Positions 18,303 through 27,773 of a DNA stretch of 32,000 bases are shown here, piece after piece; position 1 is the first letter of the stretch; each line of letters opens with the position of its first letter. The notes under the pieces were generated by a model that did not search any database, was not told where the DNA came from, and saw only the letters and a list, made by a program, of their open reading frames with translations. A program made the translations under genes and the position numbers. The stretch is taken from positions 30,001 through 62,000 of the forward strand of contig JAEOSH010000002.1 in NCBI GenBank assembly GCA_016840465.1, written 5' to 3'. The DNA is from Candidatus Baldrarchaeum yapensis. Its GTDB lineage: Archaea > Asgardarchaeota > Baldrarchaeia > Baldrarchaeales > Baldrarchaeaceae.

Positions 18303-18921
18303 ATCTTCCCCTCCTTCTTATCTCCTCAACCCTTTCTAGAACCTCTTTTCCGGCACTCTCTCCCACAATTTCGAAATATCCTTCCATGATCCACTTAAAG
18401 TACAGATCATCCTTCTCGTAATGGGTACTTTCCAATGCACGGCGCATGAGGTGTATATCCACGGCCCGATCCTCCAGTTCTTTCGAATACTCCGCCAATC
18501 CGAAGTCTATGAACACTATTCTTCCATCAGGGGAGAGTATCATATTAGAGGTTGTTAGATCACCGTGTATTATCCCGTTGTTATGAAGTTTTCCTACAAG
18601 TCTGCCGATTTCCCTGCATATTTCTCGTGCCCTATCTTCTGAAAGTTTATCAAGAATGTCCTTGAGAACTTGACCCTCTATACGTTCCATGATTATAGAT
18701 CCGCTTTCGAGATCTATGAAGTAGAGGGCCGGGGTTGGAACTCCCGCCTTCTTTGCATCAAGGAGTATGCGCGCTTCATGTCGAGTTCTCGACATTCTTA
18801 ATTTCATGTCGAGTTCAGGGATACGATATCTTTTAGGTATGCGCATTTTCCTTATCGCGTCAAATCCGTACCATTCTTCTCTGATAATCCAGGCCTCCGC
18901 GCCCTTCTTTATGATCTCCAT
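18274..18921 (-). CDS. bud32: KEOPS kinase Bud32
   Basis: KGAEA, RT..EAR, HGDLTTSN, IDFGL, DRAVD, RRRGRY. Confidence 0.95.
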   Translation of the reverse strand: MEIIKKGAEAWIIREEWYGFDAIRKMRIPKRYRIPELDMKLRMSRTRHEARILLDAKKAGVPTPALYFIDLESGSIIMERIEGQVLKDILDKLSEDRAREICREIGRLVGKLHNNGIIHGDLTTSNMILSPDGRIVFIDFGLAEYSKELEDRAVDIHLMRRALESTHYEKDDLYFKWIMEGYFEIVGESAGKEVLERVEEIRRRGRYVKERKRQG

Positions 18922-19048
18922 GATGTTTCACTCCATAGAAATCCTTTATAGATCGTATCCTTAAAACCTATAGCAACTGCTTAAGCGTAACTATTCCGGG
19001 TGCTCGAGAAGGTCTTTCATTCCAAAGAAGATAACGGAGGTATAGGAT

Positions 19049-19246
19049 TTGAGTTCAAAGAAAAAGAAGAAGCTAGAGATTGCTATTTACAAATACTATG
19101 AGGTAGTGAACGGAAAACTTGTGAGAAAAAGGAAGTTCTGCCCTAGATGTGGGCCGGGTGTTTACCTTGCGGATCACCCAGACAGATACGCATGTGGAAA
19201 ATGCGGATATACAGAATTCAAAAAGCAGCCAGAAAAACGCAGTTAG
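19049..19246 (+). CDS. rps27ae: 30S ribosomal protein S27ae
   Basis: [20 protein letters not shown] zinc ribbon; TTG start with GGAGGT SD; no ubiquitin fusion. Confidence 0.96.
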   Translation: MSSKKKKKLEIAIYKYYEVVNGKLVRKRKFCPRCGPGVYLADHPDRYACGKCGYTEFKKQPEKRS

Positions 19247-19248
19247 GA

Positions 19249-19557
19249 TTACTCTTTCTCTTTCGTCTCCTCAGGCAGTTTATTCCTCTCAATTATGTAT
19301 TTTGGCTCTATTGCTAGTGCATCCTCCTTCGTGTTATATATGTGTATGACTCCTCGCGTCCTTGCTATACCAAATTCCGATAGCAAACTCTTGACATAAA
19401 CCCTATCTATATCTGCCGCATACATTGCTGCTATTTTCTTTCTTATTTCTACCCTTCTAGGAGTCCCCTGTCCGGGGTGTTCTATTATTACTTCTATTTC
19501 CTTCCTATGCAATAACGGGTTATCTCTCTCCTTCACAACCTTTATTTCTAAAGACAT
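19249..19557 (-). CDS. rps24e: 30S ribosomal protein S24e
   Basis: NPLLHRKEI, TPRR, FG.....G...IY, EPKYIIERN. Confidence 0.95.
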   Translation of the reverse strand: MSLEIKVVKERDNPLLHRKEIEVIIEHPGQGTPRRVEIRKKIAAMYAADIDRVYVKSLLSEFGIARTRGVIHIYNTKEDALAIEPKYIIERNKLPEETKEKE

Positions 19558-20092
19558 GCGTAGGTCCCTCCATTCGTGATATTATATCTAAAGCCTTCTT
19601 CTTGATATCCTCATTTACCTTTATCACCACGAGACCCTCATTTGGTTGTCCATATATTATAACTGCCCCAAGCGGGGCATGTATTACTGCAGGAAGGGTT
19701 AATAAGTCCTCCTCTCCTTCCACAAATATCCTGATGCGTTGACCGGAGTTAATTGCTCTCTTTATGGCAAGCCACGCATCCAAAGTTATCGTACCCGCTG
19801 GATTTTTTGTCTTTATATCAATGGCATCACATACCCTTGGGCTTTGATATTCCTTTCTAAGAGTCTTCATATCCACTATGGAAACATCCGGAACGAGTCC
19901 CACATCGAGTAATGACTCTGTAACCACATCACCTACGGCTACTATTAGGTTTGGCGAAAAGCTTTTTATTATTTTTACAGCCTCAATTGTCGATTTTGGA
20001 TGTTTGCCACGGATCAGTATTCCGATTGGCTTCTTTAGTTCATCACGCAGAGATTCCGGCAACACTAGGCGTTCGCTTTCTTCACTCATCAT
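19520..20092 (-). CDS. GTP-dependent dephospho-CoA kinase (DUF359)
   Basis: LR.ELKKPIG, VGDVV, NPAGTI, GEEDLL, YGQPNEG. Confidence 0.92.
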   Translation of the reverse strand: MMSEESERLVLPESLRDELKKPIGILIRGKHPKSTIEAVKIIKSFSPNLIVAVGDVVTESLLDVGLVPDVSIVDMKTLRKEYQSPRVCDAIDIKTKNPAGTITLDAWLAIKRAINSGQRIRIFVEGEEDLLTLPAVIHAPLGAVIIYGQPNEGLVVIKVNEDIKKKALDIISRMEGPTHVFRNKGCEGER

Positions 20093-20277
20093 CTTACCCT
20101 CAAGGCATATCTCCCTTCCTTATTTATTTTCAGCCTTTTCGCAATTTCAGAGTTTTCTGGATCGATTATGATAACTATACCTGAGAAATTTGCGGAAAGA
20201 TTTCTGGAGCCGCATTTTGGACAAACATCTTTTCCTCTAACTATAAAGTGGCATTTTTTGCATGCTTTTTCCTTCAA
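20089..20277 (-). CDS. spt4: Transcription elongation factor Spt4 (RpoE2)
   Basis: ACKKCH...CPKCGS, SEIAKRL, GRYALRVR. Confidence 0.95.
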   Translation of the reverse strand: MKEKACKKCHFIVRGKDVCPKCGSRNLSANFSGIVIIIDPENSEIAKRLKINKEGRYALRVR

Positions 20278-20844
20278 TTACTCTCCCTCTTTACGTTCTT
20301 CTATTCTTTTAACTTCCTCTTTTATCCACTCCAGCTTTCCTAGGAAGGGTTGACGCATGGTTAGACCTATTCTCCCACCTTTACCTCCCTTCAGGCTTAT
20401 GGCTGTTATTCTAGCTCTAACTCTATCTCCTTCCGATAGAACTCTCCCGGACTCCTTTCCGAGGAGAGATGAACGTTTCGGATCATATGATATGAAATCA
20501 TCCGTTATTTGGCTGATATGGCATAATCCGTCCATGGGACCTAAGCGCACGAAAACGCCAAAACTGACTACCTCTATGACCTCACCCTCGATAACTTCGT
20601 ACATTTCGGGCTTAAACGTCAAGGCTTCAAATACAACTTCATGGTATGTGGCGCCATCACCCGGAATTATCTTCCCCAGCCCGACCTCGTCAACTTTTAG
20701 AACCATTATGACAAACCCGAGTTCTGAATCTAGGGTTCCCTCGTATTTTTCCTTAAGCGCGGAAAGAGCCGCCTCGTCGATGGGTTTATTGAGAAGGTTC
20801 GGTGGAATCCGCACAATATCTTTAACCTTAACCAATTTGTACAT
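20278..20844 (-). CDS. rpoE1: RNA polymerase subunit Rpo7 (RpoE1)
   Basis: VRIPP, GDGATYH, S1 domain FGVFVRLGPMDGLCHISQI, MRQPFLGK. Confidence 0.96.
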   Translation of the reverse strand: MYKLVKVKDIVRIPPNLLNKPIDEAALSALKEKYEGTLDSELGFVIMVLKVDEVGLGKIIPGDGATYHEVVFEALTFKPEMYEVIEGEVIEVVSFGVFVRLGPMDGLCHISQITDDFISYDPKRSSLLGKESGRVLSEGDRVRARITAISLKGGKGGRIGLTMRQPFLGKLEWIKEEVKRIEERKEGE

Positions 20845-20877
20845 AACCGCACCTCCGGTTTTCTCAATAGAGTCTCT

Positions 20878-21306
20878 CTATATGATGGTTCCCTCCAGTT
20901 CGAAATGCGATAATTGTCTGAGAAAGATTACGGGAACACCATTTTTTCGAAGTTCTCTTCTTAACTTGTTATCGCAGGTCGCAACGCACCATTTATACTT
21001 TTTGGCGGTTTTTAATATTGTCTCATCGACCGTCTTGCCTCGACATTCGTCCGGAACCTTAATAAGCTTGTACTTCCTCGCAAGCGCAAGCGCAAAAGAC
21101 GCCTCTCTTTTTGTTTTAGGAGACGCCGTTTGGCGCAGTTTCTCCAATTCTTCCAGTATGCAGTCCAATATTACAGGTTCAAACGCTCGCTCAACTACAC
21201 GTGCTATTTCATGTTCTAGATTTATGTGCATTTTGGACGGAAGCATTAACATATTCGTATCCAGTATAACACCTACCTTTTGAGACCTTTCACTTGATGA
21301 TCCCAT
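20878..21306 (-). CDS. PIN-domain nuclease (Fcf1/Utp24-like)
   Basis: [30 protein letters not shown]. Confidence 0.9.
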   Translation of the reverse strand: MGSSSERSQKVGVILDTNMLMLPSKMHINLEHEIARVVERAFEPVILDCILEELEKLRQTASPKTKREASFALALARKYKLIKVPDECRGKTVDETILKTAKKYKWCVATCDNKLRRELRKNGVPVIFLRQLSHFELEGTII

Positions 21307-22552
21307 ACCCTATTAGCCTCCATCGTCCGCTTATTTGCCTACTTATTGCAACTCTTGCTCCCTCCTCTGCACATACTGGTCTTCTGAGCACCACCTCGAT
21401 TTCATCTCCCCTCACAGAAGTAACAGTACCGACGGTCGCAGCAGTTCCGACGTTAAGCATCAAGTTCTCTCTCACTCTTATTTTCTCAACTTTTTTCATG
21501 TCTGCTGTTCCAACCGCGCGCTCAAGCAGGCGGGCCTCCAATATTAACGTATCCAGAACTGGTGGCAATGTACCCGGTTTTCCAGCAACGTTTCCGACCA
21601 TTCCATCAGCTTTTGTTAATGAGGGATCTAAAGTCGTTTCTATGCCTATTAATCCCCCTGGTCCTGCTTCTTTTAATGGTATATTCCCCCCAGCCATCAA
21701 GTTTACGACTTCCGTAAATATTGGCTCATACACATTCCTCTTCACTGGTAATCCTGGCCTTATCTCAACTTCGTCTCCTAATCTGATTTTTCCTTGAATT
21801 ATCGTTCCGCCCAGAACTCCTCCCTTCAGTTTATCAGGTCTCGTACCGGGCTTATTGATATCGAAAGATCTTGCAACGTAGAATCGTGCTGGTTTTGAGA
21901 AATCGCGTGTTGGCGTTGGTATGAACTCCTCAATTGCCTGTACAACTACATCTATATTGGCACCAAATACTGCCGACGTTGGTATAATGGGAGCGTCTTC
22001 TGCGACGGTTCCCTCAACGAATTTTTTTATTTGCTCATAGTTCTTTATTGCTTCCTCCTTCGACACTAGTTCCACTTTATTTTGAACTATAATTATATTC
22101 TTAACGCCAATTATTTGGAGAGCAACAAAATGTTCCCTTGTTTGCGGTTGGGGACATGGTTCATTTGCCGCAATGACGAGGATGGCTCCATCCATGATAG
22201 CTGCTCCGGATAACATCGTTGCCATTAATATCTCGTGACCTGGACTGTCAACAAACGATATCCTTCGAAGAACCTGAAGTTTTTCACCGCAGTGGGGGCA
22301 TGTGTCTCCCTTTGCCATAAATGTCGTCATATAACATTGAGGTGGGGGACAATTCGGGCATTTCCTTATTGTGGCATCCGCGTATCCAAGTTTTATTGAT
22401 ATTCCACGACGAATTTCCTCACTATGCCTGTCAGTCCATTCACCGGACAAAGCCTGCACTAGGGTTGTCTTCCCGTGATCTACATGCCCTACAACTCCTA
22501 TATTTATTTCACTTTGGCGTTTTTCGTCTTCCAGTATCAATTCACTCCTCAC
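21290..22552 (-). CDS. eif2g: Translation initiation factor aIF2 gamma subunit
   Basis: [17 protein letters not shown], Zn knuckle, DSPGHE, QTREH, NKVE, WRLIGYG. Confidence 0.97.
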   Translation of the reverse strand: MRSELILEDEKRQSEINIGVVGHVDHGKTTLVQALSGEWTDRHSEEIRRGISIKLGYADATIRKCPNCPPPQCYMTTFMAKGDTCPHCGEKLQVLRRISFVDSPGHEILMATMLSGAAIMDGAILVIAANEPCPQPQTREHFVALQIIGVKNIIIVQNKVELVSKEEAIKNYEQIKKFVEGTVAEDAPIIPTSAVFGANIDVVVQAIEEFIPTPTRDFSKPARFYVARSFDINKPGTRPDKLKGGVLGGTIIQGKIRLGDEVEIRPGLPVKRNVYEPIFTEVVNLMAGGNIPLKEAGPGGLIGIETTLDPSLTKADGMVGNVAGKPGTLPPVLDTLILEARLLERAVGTADMKKVEKIRVRENLMLNVGTAATVGTVTSVRGDEIEVVLRRPVCAEEGARVAISRQISGRWRLIGYGIIK

Positions 22553-22949
22553 CCTCCTCCTTTTCTTTTGTCGCGCCCACTAACTCCTCTATGGGCTTAG
22601 GACCTTCTTTTATGACTTTTACGTTTACCTGCACAATGTCCTCTGTAATGGTGTTTCCTCTAACAGTCTTCTTTCTCCGCTCGCCTTTTCTCTTAGGATG
22701 AAAGCCTGGCGGGCCAGAGAGTAATACTCTTCTCCTAACACCACCATGAATATCTGGTCTCATCGGAAAGCCATCTTTGTCCGTGCCACCACGGATCTCA
22801 AACTCGTAACCTGGGAAGCCAAGAGGATCTCCTGGGACGATATCGCCTATCTTCTTGCCTATGAGGACCCGACATTTACTTTCGTCTAGAGTCACTTGGT
22901 AAGCTCTTCCGGTTTTGGGTACTGAAATTACGAGTTTCATTTCCACCAT
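22542..22949 (-). CDS. rps6e: 30S ribosomal protein S6e
   Basis: [26 protein letters not shown]. The ORF track starts at 22958. Confidence 0.96.
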   Translation of the reverse strand: MVEMKLVISVPKTGRAYQVTLDESKCRVLIGKKIGDIVPGDPLGFPGYEFEIRGGTDKDGFPMRPDIHGGVRRRVLLSGPPGFHPKRKGERRKKTVRGNTITEDIVQVNVKVIKEGPKPIEELVGATKEKEEGEE

Positions 22950-22974
22950 TGTGATCACCTTCCTCCATCTGGCG

Positions 22975-24771
22975 TTATTTCCGAGAACTCCTTTTTATTT
23001 TCATTATCTCGTTGAGTAACTCCAGTTCTTCGGATGATAATTCCTCAGAGAACTTTAATTTTAACGTTCTGATGTGTGGCTCCGGCACGTCGACATAAAT
23101 TATATCTCCTTCTTTTATGTGCCTACCGACTATGGCTTCCCTTATAGATATTGCAACTTCCATACCCGCGGTTGCTTCCCGAAGACTCTGACCTGCCTGT
23201 TGAATTTGCATTATTTGACCTATATATTTTCCACTTGATGTCATAAGGGGATACCTAGGTCGTATTCTTCCGACGAGTACCTTAACCCCCACGATTGCCG
23301 GCTTACTTCTCCTAAACACATAACCCGGCAGTATCATTATTTTTGCCGGCATTATTATCTTTTCTAATGTCAATTTCTTTTCTTCTTCTCGCTTCTTCGT
23401 AACCCAATTATCGTAATCCTCAAGTAGTTTGTAGATTATGTTGCTCCAAAATATTGGAATGTCATATTTTTTAGCTTCCTCTTCGGCGTCCGGCAAAATT
23501 TTTACGTTAAAAGCTAGTATTGCTGCTCGATATGGATCCTTTTCCATGACAACTACCGCTTCCATGACATCACGCTTTGATACATCGCCAATACCTGCAA
23601 GTCTTATTGGAACATCATGTCTCCGTAAGTAATTTACTAGCGCTTCTAGAGATCCCAAGGTATCCGCTTTTAAAACAACACCAACCTTATCTGTCGAAAT
23701 TATGATCTTCTTGACTTCCTTCTCAATCTCGTCAACTACGGATTGTAACTCTGATTCATCCCAGACCGCACGCATTGGAGAGCCAGCAACAGCGCCTTCG
23801 AGATTTGGAGCGACAAGTTTTACTCCTGCGGCTGCCACCACTTCATCTACCGGTGTGAACTTCTCACGAGGATCCCTTATTTCATCTAAAGGCTTTGGTA
23901 AAAGTATAGCACGAAGTTTTGTGACAATAGGTCCCTCTATTCCTCCTATTACGATGATATCATCCTTTCTCAGTACTCCATCGTAGATTATCGCATTCAC
24001 TGTTAAACCGAGTCCGAGTTCTTCCTTTACCTCGAGAATAACTCCTTTTGCCGGCCCTTCCTTAAATTCGAGTTGTTTTTTCATGTAGCGCTGAGTCAGA
24101 CCGGCGAGTACAAGTAAAAGTTCAGGTATCCCCTCCCCCGTTTTTGCACTTGTTGGGACGATGGCAACTGTTTTTGAGAAATCAGTAACTCTATCAAACC
24201 TTTCAGCGCTGAACCCGACGGCACTCAAGGACCCGACTATTTGGTATATTTTTTCGTCTAAGTACCTCCTGACGGCTGGATCTTGCAGTTTTATTGATTC
24301 TGTAAAGTATTGTGTGGGTCCGGGTCTCCACCCGGGGATCCTGTCTATTTTGTTTGCGGCAACTAAAAATGGAACTCGCCTTTCCTTCAAGATGTCTATG
24401 CATTCCCATGTTTGAGCTTGGAATCCCTCCATTATATCAACTACTAGTATTGCGAAGTCTGCAGCGGCTCCGCCCCTAACTCTAAGGTTGTAAAATGCCT
24501 CATGCCCTGGAGTATCTATGACTAGGATTCCTGGGATTGTCAACTTCACTTTATACATTTCCATGAGTTTGCCACAAATTTTCTCAATTACGGGGGATGG
24601 AAAGAAGGATGCACCAATGTGCTGGGTCTAGCATCAGGCCGTGGAAAACGGCCTGATTATGCCCCCAGCCTCTCTTTGTTGGACGGCCGTCCCACGGATT
24701 TTATCAAGCAATGAGGTCTTTCCATGATCTATATGTCCCAAAACAACGCATATGGGCTGCCTTAGACGCAT
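22975..24771 (-). CDS. infB: Translation initiation factor aIF5B (IF-2), two exons: 24771-24658 and 24627-22975; 588 aa after splicing
   Basis: Exon 1 (38 codons, SD GGTGAGGTGA) encodes [38 protein letters not shown]. Exon 2 begins [10 protein letters not shown] and carries DTPGHE, NKID and SAKTGEG. The 30 nt between them contain in-frame TGA and TAG. Confidence 0.95.
24628..24657 (-). other. BHB-type mRNA intron in infB (30 nt)
   Basis: GCUGGG/CCCAGC 6-bp exon helix, GGCA/UGCU central helix, bulges UA^A and AG^A, 9-bp intron stem UCAGGCCGU/ACGGCCUGA with loop UUUCC. Confidence 0.92.
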
Positions 24772-24821
24772 AAGATCACCTCACCAATTAGCGTTAAGAA
24801 AACAAAGAGTACTTAGGCAAG

Positions 24822-24835
24822 CAAAAATATTTTTG
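24822..24835. promoter_or_regulatory. Perfect 14-bp AT-rich palindrome CAAAAATATTTTTG upstream of infB (promoter or operator candidate)
   Basis: Lies in the ndk-infB intergenic gap about 50 nt upstream of the infB ATG. Confidence 0.3.
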
Positions 24836-24840
24836 GCTTA

Positions 24841-24856
24841 GGAAAAGAAGAAGAAA
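24841..24856 (-). terminator. Pyrimidine-rich tract after ndk (possible archaeal terminator)
   Basis: Minus strand reads TTTCTTCTTCTTTTCC just after the ndk stop. Confidence 0.3.
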
Positions 24857-24862
24857 TGACGT

Positions 24863-25315
24863 TTAATAAACCATTCTATCACTGCATCTCTCATACTCGT
24901 ATAGTTCATCATCGCTAAAGAATATTGACATTTCGTACTTTGCTCTCTCTACAGAGTCTGCAGCGTGAATTATGTTCTTCGTTAGATTTAGTCCAAAGTC
25001 CCCCCTTATAGTGCCGGGGCTTGCCTCTCTAGGATTTGTCGCTCCAATAAGTCTTCTAACGACCGATACTGCCTCCTCGCCTTCTATGACCATCGCAACT
25101 ACGGGACCTGAAGTAACAAATGAAACTAACTCATCGAAGAAATGCTTACCCTTATGTATATCGTAAAGACGTTCGGCTCTCTCTTTATCCAGCCAAACCA
25201 TTTTGAGAGCTACTACCTTAAGACCCTTGCGCTCGATTCTTGAAATTATCTCCCCTATGAGACCTCGTTGTACACCGTCAGGCTTTATCATTACAAAGGT
25301 TCTTTGTATTGCCAT
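24863..25315 (-). CDS. ndk: Nucleoside diphosphate kinase
   Basis: [31 protein letters not shown] (phospho-His). Confidence 0.97.
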   Translation of the reverse strand: MAIQRTFVMIKPDGVQRGLIGEIISRIERKGLKVVALKMVWLDKERAERLYDIHKGKHFFDELVSFVTSGPVVAMVIEGEEAVSVVRRLIGATNPREASPGTIRGDFGLNLTKNIIHAADSVERAKYEMSIFFSDDELYEYERCSDRMVY

Positions 25316-25319
25316 TTAT

Positions 25320-25526
25320 TCACCCTCGTTTCTTCTCCTGTTCCCTTCCTCTCCAGAACTTCGTCCATTTGAATTTTCTAGGGTCTCTGCCCATCTCTAT
25401 CATGGATATCCTACATTTGCTACTGCAGAACCAGAGAACCCTGCCATCATTTTTTACGTACATCATCCCTGTCCCAGGCTCTATTTCCTTTCCACAGAAT
25501 GAACATTTTTGCCCACGTAACATCAC
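25320..25526 (-). CDS. rpl24e: 50S ribosomal protein L24e
   Basis: CSFCG.EIEPGTG, FCSSKC, PRKFKWT. Confidence 0.97.
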   Translation of the reverse strand: MMLRGQKCSFCGKEIEPGTGMMYVKNDGRVLWFCSSKCRISMIEMGRDPRKFKWTKFWRGREQEKKRG

Positions 25527-25553
25527 GATTACCTCTTAGCCTCGCTACTCAGT

Positions 25554-25769
25554 TCACCTTACTGTGATCTTTCGTGCTTCACGTTCGGTTTCTCTTAACA
25601 TTAATATATCGCCAAGTCTAACCGGACCCTTCACATTCCGGGTGAGAATCCTACCTTTATCCTTTCCTTCTAATATCCTTACACGTACCTGTATGACCTC
25701 ACCAGCAACTCCCGTTCTTCCGATGATTTGTATTACTTCCGCTGGCGTTCCTCTGTCCTCGCTGCTCAT
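25554..25769 (-). CDS. rps28e: 30S ribosomal protein S28e
   Basis: [28 protein letters not shown]. Confidence 0.97.
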   Translation of the reverse strand: MSSEDRGTPAEVIQIIGRTGVAGEVIQVRVRILEGKDKGRILTRNVKGPVRLGDILMLRETEREARKITVR

Positions 25770-25788
25770 GAAATACCACCTACTTCTC

Positions 25789-26160
25789 CTACTTCTTCAG
25801 CTCTTTTAATTTTCTTATTATGTCCTCTACGAGTTCTTTCGCATCTCCCGGATCTATTATGCACGCAGATGCTGCCTTTACATCTATGCCCGCAGCGGCA
25901 CCCAGCCTTTCCTTACTTGGCACGTAGATATATGGGATGTTCTTTTCCTCAGCTAGTGGTGGGAGATGCATGACTATTTCAGGAGGATCTACATCCTCCG
26001 CTATCAGTACAAGTTTTGCCTGACCTCTTTCTATAGCTTTTGTTGTCTCATTAGTCCCCTTCTTTATCTTACCCGTGTTTCTTGCTATTTCAAGCGCCTG
26101 ATACGCCTTTTCTGCAAGTTCCTTCGGGACCTCAAATTTTACATATGGGGGTTTTGCCAT
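25789..26160 (-). CDS. rpl7ae: 50S ribosomal protein L7Ae
   Basis: [31 protein letters not shown]. Confidence 0.98.
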   Translation of the reverse strand: MAKPPYVKFEVPKELAEKAYQALEIARNTGKIKKGTNETTKAIERGQAKLVLIAEDVDPPEIVMHLPPLAEEKNIPYIYVPSKERLGAAAGIDVKAASACIIDPGDAKELVEDIIRKLKELKK

Positions 26161-26184
26161 TTTCTTCCTCCCTCCGGCGCCTTA

Positions 26185-26202
26185 TGCCTTCATGAGTCAG
26201 CA
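26185..26202 (-). promoter_or_regulatory. Putative K-loop (L7Ae-binding) in the rpl7ae 5' leader
   Basis: Leader reads UG-CUGA-CUCA-UGAAG-GCA: a box D-like CUGA, a short loop, then a box C-like UGAAG, about 25 nt upstream of the ATG. Confidence 0.45.
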
Positions 26203-26330
26203 GTGAAAAAAGGTAATCCATTAGTGTTTAAGAAAATTTCGTTGAGTGAACAGAATTTCGCATTTAATAGGTTCAAACTGAGGAAAAACTCTCCCTCTCT
26301 TCTTACCTTCACGTATTTAACTGATAGTTA

Positions 26331-27119
26331 TCAGATGATTATACGTGTGCCTTTAACACTTTCTCCGATCAATGCCTTTCTCAACAGGTCCGGTACGCCT
26401 CCATTTATGATTAACACCTCTTTGCATGATGTTCCTTTCAGTAACATGAGCGATTGTAACTTCCCAATGATCCCACCAGTTGCGTCACTCGGCTCCTGTC
26501 TTAGCAGTTTTACTAGGTCTCTAAGTTCATCAATTGAAATATTATCTATTAAGATCCGGCGCCTCTCGTCTTCCTTATACAAAAATATACCATCAACATC
26601 TGTCACAAAGATCGCTCGCTTGATGTTAAGATCTCTTACCACATTTACTAAGATTTTATCGCCAGATATTATCGAGAAACCATATGATACGTCTAAAACG
26701 ACATCACCAAATAGTACGGGCGTTAGTCCCATCTCTAACACACGCTTAATAACTGTGACATCAAAGTAGGTAACTTCGCCTTTGTCCATTACAACAAACG
26801 ACGATGGTTGCAACGAAAAAACATTAATTCCAGCATTTTCCAACGCTTTGACGACAATATCGTTAAGAATCAGCATCGCCTTACGAACTTCATGAACCAT
26901 GCCACTCCATTCTTTCCCTTTCACTATTTTTTCGGCTAATTGATATTTGATTGCAAGAGGATGACCAAATGATCCTCCGCCATGTATCACAATTACCCTC
27001 TTACCAGATTCTGCAAGTTCGGAACAAAGTCTTTCAAGGACTTCTTTGTTTACGCTCCACGGCTTCCTTTTATTAGTTATTATACTTCCACCGAGTTTTA
27101 CTGCTATGATGTCCTTCAA
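26331..27119 (-). CDS. Isopentenyl phosphate kinase (amino-acid kinase fold)
   Basis: KLGGSIIT.K, IHGGGSFGH, PVLFGD, SGD, TDVDG, DATGGI.GK. Confidence 0.9.
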   Translation of the reverse strand: MKDIIAVKLGGSIITNKRKPWSVNKEVLERLCSELAESGKRVIVIHGGGSFGHPLAIKYQLAEKIVKGKEWSGMVHEVRKAMLILNDIVVKALENAGINVFSLQPSSFVVMDKGEVTYFDVTVIKRVLEMGLTPVLFGDVVLDVSYGFSIISGDKILVNVVRDLNIKRAIFVTDVDGIFLYKEDERRRILIDNISIDELRDLVKLLRQEPSDATGGIIGKLQSLMLLKGTSCKEVLIINGGVPDLLRKALIGESVKGTRIII

Positions 27120-27146
27120 GAAACTTCTCCCTAGTTTTTAGTTCTA

Positions 27147-27773
27147 TTACGTTTGCACAGGCTTTTGAGGTATTATTTTCGTCTCAAATTCCTCTACTGG
27201 GATTGGAAGATCTCCATCGGGTGGTATTGCTCCACGTTCGCGTAGGATTTGTCTCGCAAGTAACCAATAGATGAGAGACAACGCTTTTCTTCCCTTATTA
27301 TTCGTGGGAATCACAAGATCTATGTATGCAGTATTCGCATCCGTGTCGCAGAGGGCAACTATTGGGATTCTGGCATCAACGGCTTCTTGAACTGCTTGCC
27401 TATCTGCTCTCGGATCCGTAATTATTATCACGTCTGCCTCAACGTAATATTTGGAAGACGGGTTTGTTAAAGTCCCCGGAATAAACCTTCCGGGGATGGC
27501 TATTGCCCCGACAACTTCAGCGAACTTTTTAACCGGTCTTTGTCCATACTGCCTTGCAGACACTGCAAGAATCTTTGATGGCTCAAATCTTGATAGGAAT
27601 TTCGCTGCAATACGGATTCTTTCATCGGTTTTTCTGACATCAAGCACATACAGACCGTCTGGACGTGTTCGATATATGTACTGTGCCATATATCCGGTCT
27701 TTATTTTCGTCCCTATGTGGACTCCTGCTGCAAGATATTGATCCAAAGGAACTAACAGAGTATCGCTACTCAT
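27147..27773 (-). CDS. rps2: 30S ribosomal protein S2
   Basis: [37 protein letters not shown]. Confidence 0.97.
   Translation of the reverse strand: MSSDTLLVPLDQYLAAGVHIGTKIKTGYMAQYIYRTRPDGLYVLDVRKTDERIRIAAKFLSRFEPSKILAVSARQYGQRPVKKFAEVVGAIAIPGRFIPGTLTNPSSKYYVEADVIIITDPRADRQAVQEAVDARIPIVALCDTDANTAYIDLVIPTNNKGRKALSLIYWLLARQILRERGAIPPDGDLPIPVEEFETKIIPQKPVQT

Noticed and set aside
20357-21283. Long antisense ORFs in the track (20357-21283, 21294-21797, 25966-26769, 27665-28093 and many shorter ones)
   Set aside because: They are shadows of well-supported genes on the opposite strand or in another frame, with no recognisable motifs.
22280-22330. Short insertion (FMAKGD) in the aIF2-gamma Zn knuckle as a hidden in-frame intron
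   Set aside because: No hairpin or BHB pairing at the nucleotide level; it reads as ordinary loop variation.
22975-24564. The 529-aa ORF as the complete aIF5B, or infB as a pseudogene
   Set aside because: It lacks the G1 P-loop and G2. These are intact upstream with a strong SD and are rejoined exactly by canonical BHB cleavage; the rest of the gene shows no decay.
24628-24657. Sec/Pyl or other readthrough of the in-frame TGA and TAG in infB
   Set aside because: It would need two different recoding events and would leave a 10-aa insertion in switch I; the BHB geometry explains the insert more simply.
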